A stretch of DNA of 32,000 nt from an uncultured Actinomycetes bacterium (GTDB lineage: Bacteria > Actinomycetota > Actinomycetes > S36-B12 > CAIYMF01): contig CAWJMG010000003.1 of assembly GCA_963843975.1 (NCBI GenBank), positions 870,001-902,000 on the forward strand. The letters run 5' to 3'. The notes beneath the pieces were generated by a model. That model was not told the DNA's origin. It searched no databases and saw only the letters and a list, made by a program, of their open reading frames with translations. Shown one piece after another: positions 13,077 to 22,940 of this stretch (position 1 is the stretch's first letter; every line of letters starts with the position of its first letter). The position numbers and the translations under genes are program-made.

Positions 13077-13844
13077 TCAGGCCTCCGACATCACCGAGGT
13101 GGGGTCGTAGCCGTAGTACGCCGTGCGCGCCGCGCGACGCTCCTGCGCGACGGTCTCGCCGCGGAACGCTTCGCCCTGGTCGAGGTAGGCGCTGTCGACC
13201 TTCGTGCGGGGACTGTTCTCGAACACCCACTTCTCCAGCGCCGGGCCGCTCTCGACCGAGGTGATGAGGCAGTAGCGCGGCTCGTCTCCCTGGTGCCACA
13301 CGGAGTGCCACATGCGCTCGGAGTCCACGAGCAGCTGCGCGCCGGCGGGCAGCGAGATGCGGGTCTCCGTCGACGGGTCGTTGATGTCCTCGCGCAGGAT
13401 CATCACCGAGTCGGGGTCGTGGGTGAGCTGCATGAACAGGCGCAGCACCCAGCCCTCGCCCTCGGGGTTGAGCCGGTTGTTGTCGTCGAGGTGGCTGTTG
13501 TAGAGCCCGTCGGCGTACGAGTTGGGCTGCAGCTCGATGATGCGGCAACGGCCGACGTTTGTGCCGATCTCCTGCACGCGTCGGGTCAGCGTGGGGGCGA
13601 TCGCCGTCTGGCTGTCGATCCAGACGCCGTCCTTGTCGGCCTTCGGCGGGTCGAAGTGCCAGAAGCCGTTGCACTCGATCTGGCCGTACGCCGAGGCGAG
13701 CGGGGCGAACCGCGTGTCGCCGCTGGACTTCCAGTCGACGTACTCGAGGTTCTTCCACTCCGCAGGGTCGATCGGCTGCTGGTAGCTGTCGAGGACGACG
13801 TAGCCCGTCTCCTCGAGGATCGGCAGCGTCAGGTGACGCGACAT
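13077..13844 (-). CDS. Uncharacterised protein, paralog 2; putative double-stranded beta-helix Fe(II)/2-oxoglutarate oxygenase-like
   Basis: 255 aa from ATG 13844, with GGGAGGG just upstream: MSRHLTLPILEETGYVVLDSY... It is collinear with paralog 1 over about 200 aa and shares the blocks YVDWKSSG-TRFAPLASAYG, DKDGVW-DSQ, GRCRIIEL, DDNNRLNPEG, NDPSTETRI-LPAGAQL and VWHQGD-PRYCLITS. Confidence 0.8.
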   Translation of the reverse strand: MSRHLTLPILEETGYVVLDSYQQPIDPAEWKNLEYVDWKSSGDTRFAPLASAYGQIECNGFWHFDPPKADKDGVWIDSQTAIAPTLTRRVQEIGTNVGRCRIIELQPNSYADGLYNSHLDDNNRLNPEGEGWVLRLFMQLTHDPDSVMILREDINDPSTETRISLPAGAQLLVDSERMWHSVWHQGDEPRYCLITSVESGPALEKWVFENSPRTKVDSAYLDQGEAFRGETVAQERRAARTAYYGYDPTSVMSEA

Positions 13845-14002
13845 GGGCCCTCCCGAAAGGCATGCGGCCACCGTGGGGAGACGGTGGAACGCAGCCAGTG
13901 TGCCTCACGGAGGACCCGGACCGAAGTAGCGAAAGCCCCTGCGCCCCTAGGGTTTTCGTCACATGACCCAGTTAGGTGAGCCTTGCCGTAGTCGAGCCTG
14001 GG

Positions 14003-14821
14003 TCAGCGGCGGCGCTGCGCGCGGGCCGACGCGTAGAGGCAGACGGCGGCCGCAGTGGCGAGGTTGAGGCTCTCGGCCCGCCCGTGGATGGGCACCCGAA
14101 CGACCCGGTCAGCGAGCGCGCGCGTGGCCTCGGGAAGCCCCCAGGCCTCGTTGCCGAACAGCCACGCGGTCGGTGCGGCGAGGGTGCCGTCGTCCTCGAG
14201 GTCGTCGAGGTCCCGCTCCCCCGCGCCGTCGGCCGCCAGCACCTGCAGGCCGGCGGCGTGCAGCCGCTCGACGAGGCCGGCAACCGTGGGGCCTGTGACG
14301 ACGGGCAGGTGGAACAGCGAGCCGGCGCTGGCGCGCACGGCCTTGGGATTGAGCGGGTCGACGCTCGCCTCGGTGAGGACGACGCCGCCGGCGCCCGCGG
14401 CGTCCGAGCAGCGGATGACGGTGCCGACGTTGCCGGGGTCGCGCGCGTGGGCCAGCACCGTGACGAGTCGCTGCGGGCCCGCGAGCAGGGTGTCGAGCGA
14501 GCCGGTGACCGGGCCGGTGGCGCAGACGCCGACCATCCCCTGCGGCGTGACGGTGCCCGACAGCGACCCGACCACCTCGCCGGAGGCCCGGATCACCTCG
14601 GCACCCGCCGCGCGGGCGGCGCCGAGGATGTCGGGGTGCCGGTCGGCGGCCTCGGCGGTGACGTAGAGGTCGATGAGGACGCCGGGCATCGCTGCGGCCT
14701 CGCGGCACGCCTGCGGACCCTCGGCGAGAAAACGACCGTCCCGGTCGCGGAACGCACGCTTCACCAGGCGCCGGGCTGCGGTGACCCGCGGGGAGCGGGT
14801 CGAGGTCAGCTCAGCGTCCAT
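14003..14821 (-). CDS. TrmH/SpoU-family RNA 2'-O-methyltransferase (TsnR-like)
   Basis: 272-aa intact ORF with SpoU motifs: DPGNVGTVIRCSDAAGA, LFGNEAWGL and VRVPIHGRAESLNLATAAAVCLY. Its position after rplT matches the usual actinobacterial synteny. Confidence 0.85.
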   Translation of the reverse strand: MDAELTSTRSPRVTAARRLVKRAFRDRDGRFLAEGPQACREAAAMPGVLIDLYVTAEAADRHPDILGAARAAGAEVIRASGEVVGSLSGTVTPQGMVGVCATGPVTGSLDTLLAGPQRLVTVLAHARDPGNVGTVIRCSDAAGAGGVVLTEASVDPLNPKAVRASAGSLFHLPVVTGPTVAGLVERLHAAGLQVLAADGAGERDLDDLEDDGTLAAPTAWLFGNEAWGLPEATRALADRVVRVPIHGRAESLNLATAAAVCLYASARAQRRR

Positions 14822-14875
14822 GACCGGTGAGGCTCATGCGTCGCGACCGGGACGGTCGGGAGGTGCTGGACGTCG

Positions 14876-15259
14876 TCAGGCCGAGGCGGGCGCGTTGACG
14901 TCGGCCGGGAGGGCCTTCTTCGCGGTCTCGACGAGGACGGCGAAGGCCGCGGCGTCGTTGACGGCGAGCTCGGCCAGCATGCGACGGTCGACCTCGACAC
15001 CCGCGGCCTTGAGGCCCTGGATGAAGCGGTTGTACGTCATGCCGTTGGCGCGGGCACCGGCGTTGATGCGCTGGATCCAGAGCTGACGGAAGTCGCCCTT
15101 GCGCTTACGACGGTCGTTGAAGGCGTAGACCTCCGAGTGGAGGAGCTGCTCCTTCGCCTTGCGGTAGAGGCGCGAGCGCTGCCCGCGGTAGCCGCTGGCC
15201 TGCTCGAGGACCTCGCGGCGCTTCTTGTGGGCGTTCACTGCCCGCTTCACGCGTGCCAT
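14876..15259 (-). CDS. rplT: 50S ribosomal protein L20
   Basis: 127 aa: [38 protein letters not shown]...[24 protein letters not shown]. Confidence 0.95.
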   Translation of the reverse strand: MARVKRAVNAHKKRREVLEQASGYRGQRSRLYRKAKEQLLHSEVYAFNDRRKRKGDFRQLWIQRINAGARANGMTYNRFIQGLKAAGVEVDRRMLAELAVNDAAAFAVLVETAKKALPADVNAPASA

Positions 15260-15320
15260 GGGTGTTCTCCTGCTGGATGGACGGGCCGGACCGGCCCGGC
15301 GATGGACGTCGGGTGGTCGG

Positions 15321-15515
15321 TCAGATGCCGAGAAGCTTCTTCACTCGCTTGGTGTCGGCCGGCGAGAGCTCCTTGGGCACCGAGAGGCGGCGCGTGCGCC
15401 GGCTGGACTTGACCTCGAGGAGGTGGCGCTTGTTGGTGCGCTCGCGCATGAGCTTGCCCGAGCCGGTCACCTTGATGCGCTTCTTGGTGCCGCTGTGGGT
15501 CTTCTGCTTCGGCAT
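15321..15515 (-). CDS. rpmI: 50S ribosomal protein L35
   Basis: 64 aa: [52 protein letters not shown] lies upstream of the ATG. Confidence 0.95.
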   Translation of the reverse strand: MPKQKTHSGTKKRIKVTGSGKLMRERTNKRHLLEVKSSRRTRRLSVPKELSPADTKRVKKLLGI

Positions 15516-15566
15516 GTCGCCGTTCTCCTCGTGAGTGGTTGGTGCGTGGTGCTGTCTGGGTGGGGC

Positions 15567-16307
15567 TCAGGCCTCGGCCTGGGCCACCTCGGGGGTCTCG
15601 ACGGCCTCGGCGCCCGCGGTGGCGGACTCGGTGACGTCGGTCGTGCTCTCGGTGCTGGCCTCGAGCTCGCCCGTGCTGTCGGTCGCCTCGAGCTCGGTGG
15701 TGCTGTCGGTCGCCTCGAAGTCGGTGTCGTCGTCCTCGTGACGTCGGCCCTTCTTGGCGTCCTTCTCGGCCTGGGCCTCGGCCATGGCCTCGGCCTTCTT
15801 CCGGACCGGTCCGAGGACCATGATCATGTTGCGGCCGTCCTGCTTCGGCGAGTACTCGACGAAGGCGATGTCCGCGACGTCGTCCGCGAGCTTCTTCAGC
15901 AGGCGGAAGCCGAGCTCGGGCCGCGACTGCTCGCGACCGCGGAACATGATCGTGATCTTGACCTTGTCGCCCGCCTTGAGGAAGCGGACCACGTGGCCCT
16001 TCTTGGTCTCGTAGTCGTGCGCGTCGATCTTCGGGCGGAGCTTCATCTCCTTGATGACGGTGTTGACCTGCTTCTTGCGGTCCTCACGCGCCTTCAGTGC
16101 GGACTCGTACTTGAACTTGCCGTAGTCCATGAGCTTGCAGACGGGCGGCTTGGACATCGGGGCGACCTCGACCAGGTCGAGATCGGCCTCGGCAGCCAGG
16201 CGCAGCGCATCCTCGATGCGCACGATCCCGACCTGCTCCCCGTTGGGCCCGACAAGTCGGACCTCGGGAACTCGGATCCGCTCGTTGATGCGGGGCTCGG
16301 CGCTGAT
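15567..16307 (-). CDS. infC: Translation initiation factor IF-3, probably initiating at the non-canonical codon ATC
   Basis: [29 protein letters not shown]...[16 protein letters not shown]...ITIMFRGRE is typical IF-3. The track ORF starts at GTG 16313, but that codon overlaps the last base of the AAGGAG Shine-Dalgarno (16318..16313). ATC 16307..16305 sits 5 nt after it. The C-terminus is an acidic, repeat-containing tail. Confidence 0.85.
   Translation of the reverse strand: MSAEPRINERIRVPEVRLVGPNGEQVGIVRIEDALRLAAEADLDLVEVAPMSKPPVCKLMDYGKFKYESALKAREDRKKQVNTVIKEMKLRPKIDAHDYETKKGHVVRFLKAGDKVKITIMFRGREQSRPELGFRLLKKLADDVADIAFVEYSPKQDGRNMIMVLGPVRKKAEAMAEAQAEKDAKKGRRHEDDDTDFEATDSTTELEATDSTGELEASTESTTDVTESATAGAEAVETPEVAQAEA
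15669..15722 (-). repeat. Two tandem 27-bp units (plus a degenerate third at ~15639-15668) encoding the acidic tail of IF-3
   Basis: The plus-strand units are gcccgtgctgtcggtcgcctcgagctc and ggtggtgctgtcggtcgcctcgaagtc. They are translated as ...[27 protein letters not shown]... Confidence 0.7.
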
Positions 16308-16583
16308 GTGCACTCCTTGGTTCGTCCGGGTCTATCACCGGCACGGTGCCCCGACATGGATCGAGGCCCCGCGCACGCGCGCAGGGCCTCGCAGTCGTCG
16401 GCGCCGTCAACCCGCCCGAGAGGGGCAGGACGCCTGCCGGATCCCCCCGTCGGGGGTTCCGCGACCTGGACCCGACGACCCGGGGGTCGTGCGGGTGGGA
16501 GCGAGGGCTCCGCTTGCGTGGTCCTCCCCCACGTTCGGGTCGGACCGGTCCGGGGAGCACTGTACCGGGAGGAGGGCGTCAGG

Positions 16584-16626
16584 CCCAAAACGCGCCGCGG
16601 CCGCCCCCGAGGGGACGGCCGCGGCG
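16584..16626 (-). terminator. Rho-independent terminator downstream of aqpZ
   Basis: The minus strand reads CCGCCGCGGCCGTCCCC-TCG-GGGGCGGCCGCGGCG followed by GTTTTGGG. This is a roughly 15-bp GC stem with one bulge and a T-tract, beginning 12 nt after the aqpZ stop. Confidence 0.75.
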
Positions 16627-16637
16627 GCGGTGCTGGA

Positions 16638-17339
16638 TCAGGCGGCGTCGGCCTGCCCGACGGCCTCGACAGCCTCACCCGCCCGGGTCAGCGGGTAGAC
16701 GACGGCGGCCAGGACGCCGCCGACGAGCGGGGCGAGGATGAACAGCCAGAGCTGCGACAGCGCGGTGCCGCCCTCGAACAGGGCCGGGCCGATCGAGCGG
16801 GCCGGGTTGACCGAGGTGCCCGTGTTCGGGATGCCGACCAGGTGGACGACGGTGAGCGCGACGCCGATGGCGAGCCCGGCCGTGGTGCTGTTGGCCACCT
16901 TGTCAGTGACGAGCAGGATCACCAGCACGAACGCGAAGGTCAGCAGCGTCTCGAGGATGAAGGCGCCGCCCATGGTGAGCGGGTCCGACCAGCCGTTGGT
17001 GCCGAGGCCGCCGGTCTCGTCGACGACGCCGAAGCTGGACACGAGCAGCTTAAGGACGCCCGCCCCGACGATGGCGCCGGCGACCTGGGCGACCCAGTAG
17101 CCGGCCGCCTCGGCGATCGGCATCTTGCGCGCGACGACCATGGCGATCGTGACGGCCGGGTTCACGTGGGCGCCGCTGACCGGTCCGAAGGCGTACGCCA
17201 CGAAGATGAGGACGAAGCCGAAGGCGGTCGCCACCGCCAGGATGCCTGCGCTCTTCAGGCCCATGACCGCGGCACCGACGGCGAGGAAGACGAGGAGGAA
17301 CGTGCCGACAAACTCGGCGACGTACTTGCGTGATGGCAT
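16638..17339 (-). CDS. aqpZ: Aquaporin Z / MIP-family water channel
   Basis: 233 aa from ATG 17339, with GAGG 6 nt upstream: MPSRKYVAEFVGTFLLVF... Both NPA boxes are present (SGAHVNPAVT and GTSVNPARS), and the protein has a six-helix hydrophobic pattern. Confidence 0.9.
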   Translation of the reverse strand: MPSRKYVAEFVGTFLLVFLAVGAAVMGLKSAGILAVATAFGFVLIFVAYAFGPVSGAHVNPAVTIAMVVARKMPIAEAAGYWVAQVAGAIVGAGVLKLLVSSFGVVDETGGLGTNGWSDPLTMGGAFILETLLTFAFVLVILLVTDKVANSTTAGLAIGVALTVVHLVGIPNTGTSVNPARSIGPALFEGGTALSQLWLFILAPLVGGVLAAVVYPLTRAGEAVEAVGQADAA

Positions 17340-17501
17340 GGCGGACCTCGGGGTGAGTCGGGATGTTGAAGGTACGGGGAAGATCCCGAACAGGTCCATG
17401 AAAGCGGTGCCGCACCTCTCGATCACGCCGACACGCGCAGCAGAATCCGAAATACCAGCCGGTAACAGGACGAAACGGTCACAGCACCGCGGCGTGACGG
17501 C

Positions 17502-18272
17502 TCAGGCCGGATCGACCAGGGCCACAGCCACCCCGCCTGGGCATGCAGCCGCCAGCACATCGCTCGCCTCGAGAGCCGCCACCGCCCGACTCGCGGCCGC
17601 GTCGAGGTCGGCGCCGCCGCCCAGCGTGAGAACCACCAGGACATCGGCGCCGTCGCGGGCCGAGGACTCGACCACCTCGTGGGCGGTCACGGCGTCGATC
17701 CCGCGCAGCGCCCCCGCGACGGCCGCCAGCACGGCCGGGTCCTCGTGCCGAGGGGTCCAGGCACGACCCTCGGCGAGCGCGAGCAGGGCGCCGCCGGAGA
17801 CGGCCAGCCGGATCGGCCCCGCCAGGTCGAGCAGGACGGCGTCGGCGCCCTCTTGCAGGGCCGCGCCCGCGACCCGCGTGGCCGAGGCGGGGATGCCGCG
17901 GGCGGCGGGGTCCCAGGTGGTCATGGCCGCCACCGACGTGAAGGCGAGCAGGCCACGGCGGCCGTCCGGGCTCACGAGGCTGACCGTCGCCATGTGCGAG
18001 TCCTTCTCGCCGGGGCCGGGCGCGCCGTCTGCGACGTCGTCCTCGACCGAGTCGAGCACGGCCATGAGCGGCGTCATGAGTCGCTTGCCGTGCAGGGCAC
18101 GAACGACGTCGGACAGCCCCGCCTCGCCGAGGGCGTGCAGTGCCAGCGCCTCGGCGAGCGCGGGATCGGACGAGCCGTCGTCGTCGGCGAACTCCGGCTC
18201 GGGGATCACCATGCCGCCGAAGCGCTGCTCCCCCGGCCGGTGCTGCTCCCCCGCGCCGTGCGCGTCGCCCAT
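17502..18272 (-). CDS. SseB-family-like conserved hypothetical protein
   Basis: The ORF begins 5 nt after the hisG stop (ATG 18272; an alternative start is the internal MVIPEPEF). It contains [50 protein letters not shown], which resembles the SseB pattern as I remember it. The function assignment is tentative. Confidence 0.55.
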   Translation of the reverse strand: MGDAHGAGEQHRPGEQRFGGMVIPEPEFADDDGSSDPALAEALALHALGEAGLSDVVRALHGKRLMTPLMAVLDSVEDDVADGAPGPGEKDSHMATVSLVSPDGRRGLLAFTSVAAMTTWDPAARGIPASATRVAGAALQEGADAVLLDLAGPIRLAVSGGALLALAEGRAWTPRHEDPAVLAAVAGALRGIDAVTAHEVVESSARDGADVLVVLTLGGGADLDAAASRAVAALEASDVLAAACPGGVAVALVDPA

Positions 18273-18277
18273 CGCGG

Positions 18278-19124
18278 CTAGAGCCGGCAGGCGTGGATGT
18301 CGGTGACGAGGATGCCCCGGCCGCCCATGTCGTAGAGCTCGTCCATGACGCGGTGGACGTCGCGGCGCGGCACCATCGCGCGCACCGCGGACCACGCCGA
18401 GTCGTGCAGCGAGGACACGGTGGGCGACTCGATGCCCGGGGTGATCGCGCAGGCGGCCTCGACCAGCTCGGTGCGGATGTCGTAGTCGACGAGCACGTAG
18501 GCGCGGGCGACGATGACGCCCTGGAGGCGGCGCACGAAGGTGTCGACCTCGTGGCTCTGCCCTGCGCCGGCCCGCTGCACGAGCAGGGCCTGGCTCACCA
18601 GCAGCGGCTCGCCCAGGACGGTGAGCCCGGCCTGCTTGAGCGTGGTGCCGGTGGCGACGACGTCCGCGACCGCGTCCGCGACGCCGAGGCGCACGGAGTT
18701 CTCCACGGCGCCGTCGAGCTTCACGACGGTGGCGTCGATGCCGAGCTCGGCGAGGCGCGTCGCGAGCAGACCGGCGTACGACGTGGCGATCCGCTTGCCG
18801 GCGAGGTCGTTCACCGTGGATGCGGTGCCGGCAGGTGCGGCGAAGCGGAACGTCGACGGCGCGAACCCGAGCCTCGAGCAGCGTCTCGGTCTGGACGCCC
18901 GAGTCGAGCACGAGGTCGAGGCCGGTGATGCCGATGTCGAGCTGCCCGCTCGCGACGTAGATCGCGATGTCGCGCGGGCGCAGGAAGAAGAACTCGACGT
19001 CGTTCTCCGGGTCTTGCACGACGAGCTCGCGCGCGCTGTGCGCGGCGGGGTAGCCCGCCTCGCGCAGCATCTCGCGGGCGGGGTCGGAGAGCTGACCCTT
19101 GTTGGGGAGGGCGACACGCAGCAT
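18278..19124 (-). pseudogene. hisG: ATP phosphoribosyltransferase, interrupted by an apparent +1 single-base insertion at ~18872 (could be a sequence error)
   Basis: The N-terminal frame reads [25 protein letters not shown]...[40 protein letters not shown] and then nonsense. The C-terminal frame (ORF 18278..19117) continues [15 protein letters not shown]...[27 protein letters not shown]...VLVDYD...ESPTVSSL...[11 protein letters not shown]. The junction is CTC GAG [G] CTC GGG. The span is 847 nt, which is 3n+1. Residue spacing matches M. tuberculosis HisG as I recall it. Confidence 0.85.
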
Positions 19125-19169
19125 GAGGCTGCTCCTAGCGGCTGGGATGGGATCGGGCGCGGGGCTCGA

Positions 19170-19927
<758 letters not shown>

Positions 19928-19931
<4 letters not shown>

Positions 19932-21187
19932 GAGGGGTTCCCTTCGGGGATCTCGAGGTCGTGCGGGAGGTCGTGGCCCATGCGGTCGCGCTTGGTCTGC
20001 AGGTAGGCGAGGTTGTCGGAGTTCGGCGCGATCTCGAGCGCAACGCGCTCGATGATCGACAGTCCGTAGCCCTCGAGACCGGCGCGCTTGGCAGGGTTGT
20101 TCGTGAGCAGTCGCATGCTGCGCACACCGAGGTCGGCGAGGATCTGCGCCCCGGTGCCGTAGTCGCGCGCGTCGGCGGGCAGCCCGAGGTTGAGGTTGGC
20201 GTCGACGGTGTCGGCGCCGTCGTCCTGCAGCGCGTAGGCGCGCAGCTTGTGCAGCAGGCCGATCCCCCGGCCCTCGTGGCCGCGCATGTAGAGCACGACG
20301 CCGCGGTCCTCGGCGGCGACGCGGCGAAGCGCCGCCTGCAGCTGCGGCCCGCAGTCGCACCGTCGGGAGCCGAACACGTCGCCGGTGAGGCACTCGGAGT
20401 GCACGCGGACGAGGACCTGATCGCCGTCGCCGATGTCGCCGTGGACGAGTGCGATGTGCTCGACGCCGTCGAGCCGCGAGCGGTAGCCGACGGCGCGGAA
20501 CTCGCCGAACTCCGTCGGCAGCTTGGTCTCGGTGACCCGCTCGACCTGCTGCTCGTTGTGGCGGATGTACGAGATCAGGTCGGCGATCGAGATCATCACC
20601 AGCCCGTGCTCGTCGGCGAACCGCCGGCACTCGGGTGCCCGCATCATCGAGCCGTCCTCGTTGACGAGCTCGCACAGCGCACCCGCCGACGAGAGCCCGG
20701 CGAGCCGGCTGAGGTCGACGGCGGCCTCCGTGTGCCCGGGGCGCCGGAGCACGCCGCCGACCATGGCGCGCAGCGGCACCACGTGCCCCGGGCGTGTCAG
20801 CTCCCACGGCTCGGTGGCGGAGTCGGAGAGCACCTTGATCGTGCGCGCGCGGTCCTCGGCCGAGATGCCGGTGGCCTTCACGTCGCGCGCGTCGACGGTG
20901 ACGGCATAGGCCGTGCCCTTCTTGTCCTCGTTGATCGCCGTCATCGGCGGCAGCCCGAGGCGGTCGAGGTCGTCGCCCGGCATCGCCACGCAGATGTAGC
21001 CGGAGGTCCAGCGGATCATGAAGCCGGTGAGCTCCGGCGTCGCCTTCTGGGCGGCGAAGATGAGGTCGCCCTCGTTCTCGCGGTCCTCGTCGTCGACCAC
21101 GACGACCGGGCGCCCGTCGCGGATGGCTGCGACGGCGTCCTCCACCGAGTCGAGACGCACGAGGGCGGTGTCTGCGCCGCTGGTCAT
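19928..21187 (-). CDS. ribBA: Bifunctional 3,4-dihydroxy-2-butanone-4-phosphate synthase / GTP cyclohydrolase II
   Basis: 419 aa from ATG 21187, which overlaps the ribE stop (ATGA). The DHBP synthase blocks are [16 protein letters not shown] and [11 protein letters not shown]. The GCH-II blocks are [24 protein letters not shown] and [11 protein letters not shown]. Confidence 0.92.
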
Positions 21188-21780
21188 GAGGTCCTCCACT
21201 GCAGCATGCGCTCGACGTACTTGGCGATCACGTCCACCTCGAGGTTGACGGGGTCGCCGACCCCCTTGGTGCCGAGGGTTGTGAGCTCGAGCGTGGTCGG
21301 GATGAGCGAGACGGTGAACCAGTCGTCGGCCGCCTCGACAACGGTCAGCGAGATGCCGTCGACGGTGATGGAGCCCTTCTCGACCACGTAGCGGCCGAGC
21401 TCGTCGGGCAACGAGACGCGCACGAGCTCCCAGTGCTCGCTGGGCGTGCGCGACACGATCGCCCCGGTGCCGTCGACGTGCCCCTGCACGAGGTGGCCGC
21501 CGAGGCGGGCGTCGAGGGTGACGGGGCGCTCGAGGTTGACGCGTGAGCCCGCCTCCAGCGCGCCCAGCGAGGAGCGCTCGAGGGTCTCGTTCATGACGTC
21601 GGCGGTGAACTCGCCGTCGCCGAACTCCACCACGGTGAGGCAGACGCCGTTGACGGCGATCGACGCACCGTGGACGGCGTCCGAGGTGACGAGCGGGCCA
21701 CGGATGCGCAGGCGCGCAGCGTCGGCGAGCGGCTCGACCGCGACCACACTGCCGAGCTCCTCCACGATGCCGGTGAACAC
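21184..21780 (-). CDS. ribE: Riboflavin synthase (alpha chain)
   Basis: 198 aa from GTG 21780: (M)[15 protein letters not shown]...[11 protein letters not shown]...[12 protein letters not shown]. These are the two lumazine-binding repeats. Confidence 0.9.
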   Translation of the reverse strand: MFTGIVEELGSVVAVEPLADAARLRIRGPLVTSDAVHGASIAVNGVCLTVVEFGDGEFTADVMNETLERSSLGALEAGSRVNLERPVTLDARLGGHLVQGHVDGTGAIVSRTPSEHWELVRVSLPDELGRYVVEKGSITVDGISLTVVEAADDWFTVSLIPTTLELTTLGTKGVGDPVNLEVDVIAKYVERMLQWRTS

Positions 21781-22833
21781 TCAGTCCTCCTCGTCGGCCC
21801 GGAGGGTCCGGGCGTCGATGCGTACGTCGTCCCCGACGCGGGTGACGTCGGTGATCCGCAGACGCAACGCATCCGCGATCGAGTTGATGCCCACCGAGCC
21901 GAGCGCGTGAGCGCCGGCCCCGAGGAGCGCGGGCGCGACGTACCAGCGGACGGCGTCCACGAGGCCGGCGCGGACGAACGCCGCGGCGAGGGTGGGGCCG
22001 CCCTCGAGCAGCACGTGCTGCACGTCCAGGTCGCGCAGGGCGACGAGAACCGTCGACGGGTCGTGCTCGCGGATCTGCAGCGTGGGTGCTGCGTCGTCGA
22101 GCACCCGCGCACCGTCCGGGATGTCGCGCCGCCCGACGACCACGCGCAACGGCTGGACCTCGCGCGGCAGGACGACGCCGTCCACCCTGACCGCCAGGTG
22201 CGGGTCGTCCTCGAGCACCGTGCCGATGCCGACGATCACGGCGTCGACCTCGGCACGCAGCGTGTGCACCTCGGCGCGGGACTCGGCCGAGGTGATCCAG
22301 CGGCTCGACCCGTCGTCGGCCGCCACCCGGCCGTCGAGCGTGCTCGCGGCCTTCCACGTGACGAACGGACGGCCGTGCGTGACGGCGAAGGTCCAGACCG
22401 GGTTGAGCGCAGCAGCCTCGGCCGCGAGCAGCCCGCCGACCACCTCGACGCCGGCATCGGCCAGGCGGCGGGCGCCGCCGGCGGCGACCGGGTTGGGGTC
22501 GGACTGCGCGTGCACGACGCGCACGACGCCGGCGTCGATCAGCGCGAGCGAGCACGGGCCGGTGCGACCGGTGTGGTCGCAGGGCTCGAGGGTGACCACG
22601 GCCGTGGCGCCGCGGGCGAGGGGGCCGGCCTGGCGCAGCGCCTCGATCTCGGCGTGCGGCGTGCCGGCGCCGTGGTGGTAGCCCTCACCGACGACCGAGC
22701 CGTCCGGGGCGAGCAGCACGCAGCCCACCCGAGGGTTCGGGCCGGTGGCGACACCGGGCGTGGCCGCGAGGGCGAGCGCGCGGCGCATGGCCTCGGTCTC
22801 GCGCGCATCGACGGCGCTGGTGCTCACGGTCAT
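21781..22833 (-). CDS. ribD: Bifunctional diaminohydroxyphosphoribosylaminopyrimidine deaminase / 5-amino-6-(5-phosphoribosylamino)uracil reductase
   Basis: 350 aa from ATG 22833: [23 protein letters not shown]...NPRVGCVLL...HAEIEAL...[16 protein letters not shown] (the deaminase zinc site), then the reductase domain ([14 protein letters not shown]...[12 protein letters not shown]). The first 82 codons of the track ORF overlap the riboswitch and are not coding. Confidence 0.9.
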   Translation of the reverse strand: MTVSTSAVDARETEAMRRALALAATPGVATGPNPRVGCVLLAPDGSVVGEGYHHGAGTPHAEIEALRQAGPLARGATAVVTLEPCDHTGRTGPCSLALIDAGVVRVVHAQSDPNPVAAGGARRLADAGVEVVGGLLAAEAAALNPVWTFAVTHGRPFVTWKAASTLDGRVAADDGSSRWITSAESRAEVHTLRAEVDAVIVGIGTVLEDDPHLAVRVDGVVLPREVQPLRVVVGRRDIPDGARVLDDAAPTLQIREHDPSTVLVALRDLDVQHVLLEGGPTLAAAFVRAGLVDAVRWYVAPALLGAGAHALGSVGINSIADALRLRITDVTRVGDDVRIDARTLRADEED

Positions 22834-22940
22834 CCTGTCGTCTCGGACCCGCGCATCAGGGGCGGGGAGACAGCGCAGCCGACCGCGCCGGCGCCGTGCT
22901 CCGTCCGGGGACGGCGTACGACGCACGGCGGCCGTCCGCG

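Noticed and set aside
12049-14002. The two-paralog segment as a recently acquired genomic island or mobile element.
   Set aside because: There is no integrase, transposase or flanking direct repeats. Third codon positions are G/C-dominated like the surrounding core genes. The slightly lower overall GC content is explained by amino-acid composition (Asn, Asp, Tyr and Lys). It looks like an old resident duplication.
16311-16313. GTG as the infC start codon, as used by the ORF track.
   Set aside because: This codon overlaps the last base of the AAGGAG Shine-Dalgarno, which leaves no spacer. ATC at 16307 has 5-nt spacing and matches the known habit of infC to use a rare start codon. The GTG remains a possible alternative.
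17502-19124. A 540-aa ORF joining hisG to the downstream SseB-like gene.
   Set aside because: Only the first ~84 and the last ~256 residues look like real protein. The middle is the out-of-frame translation of hisG after the frameshift. The authentic hisG C-terminus with its stop at 18278 is in another frame.
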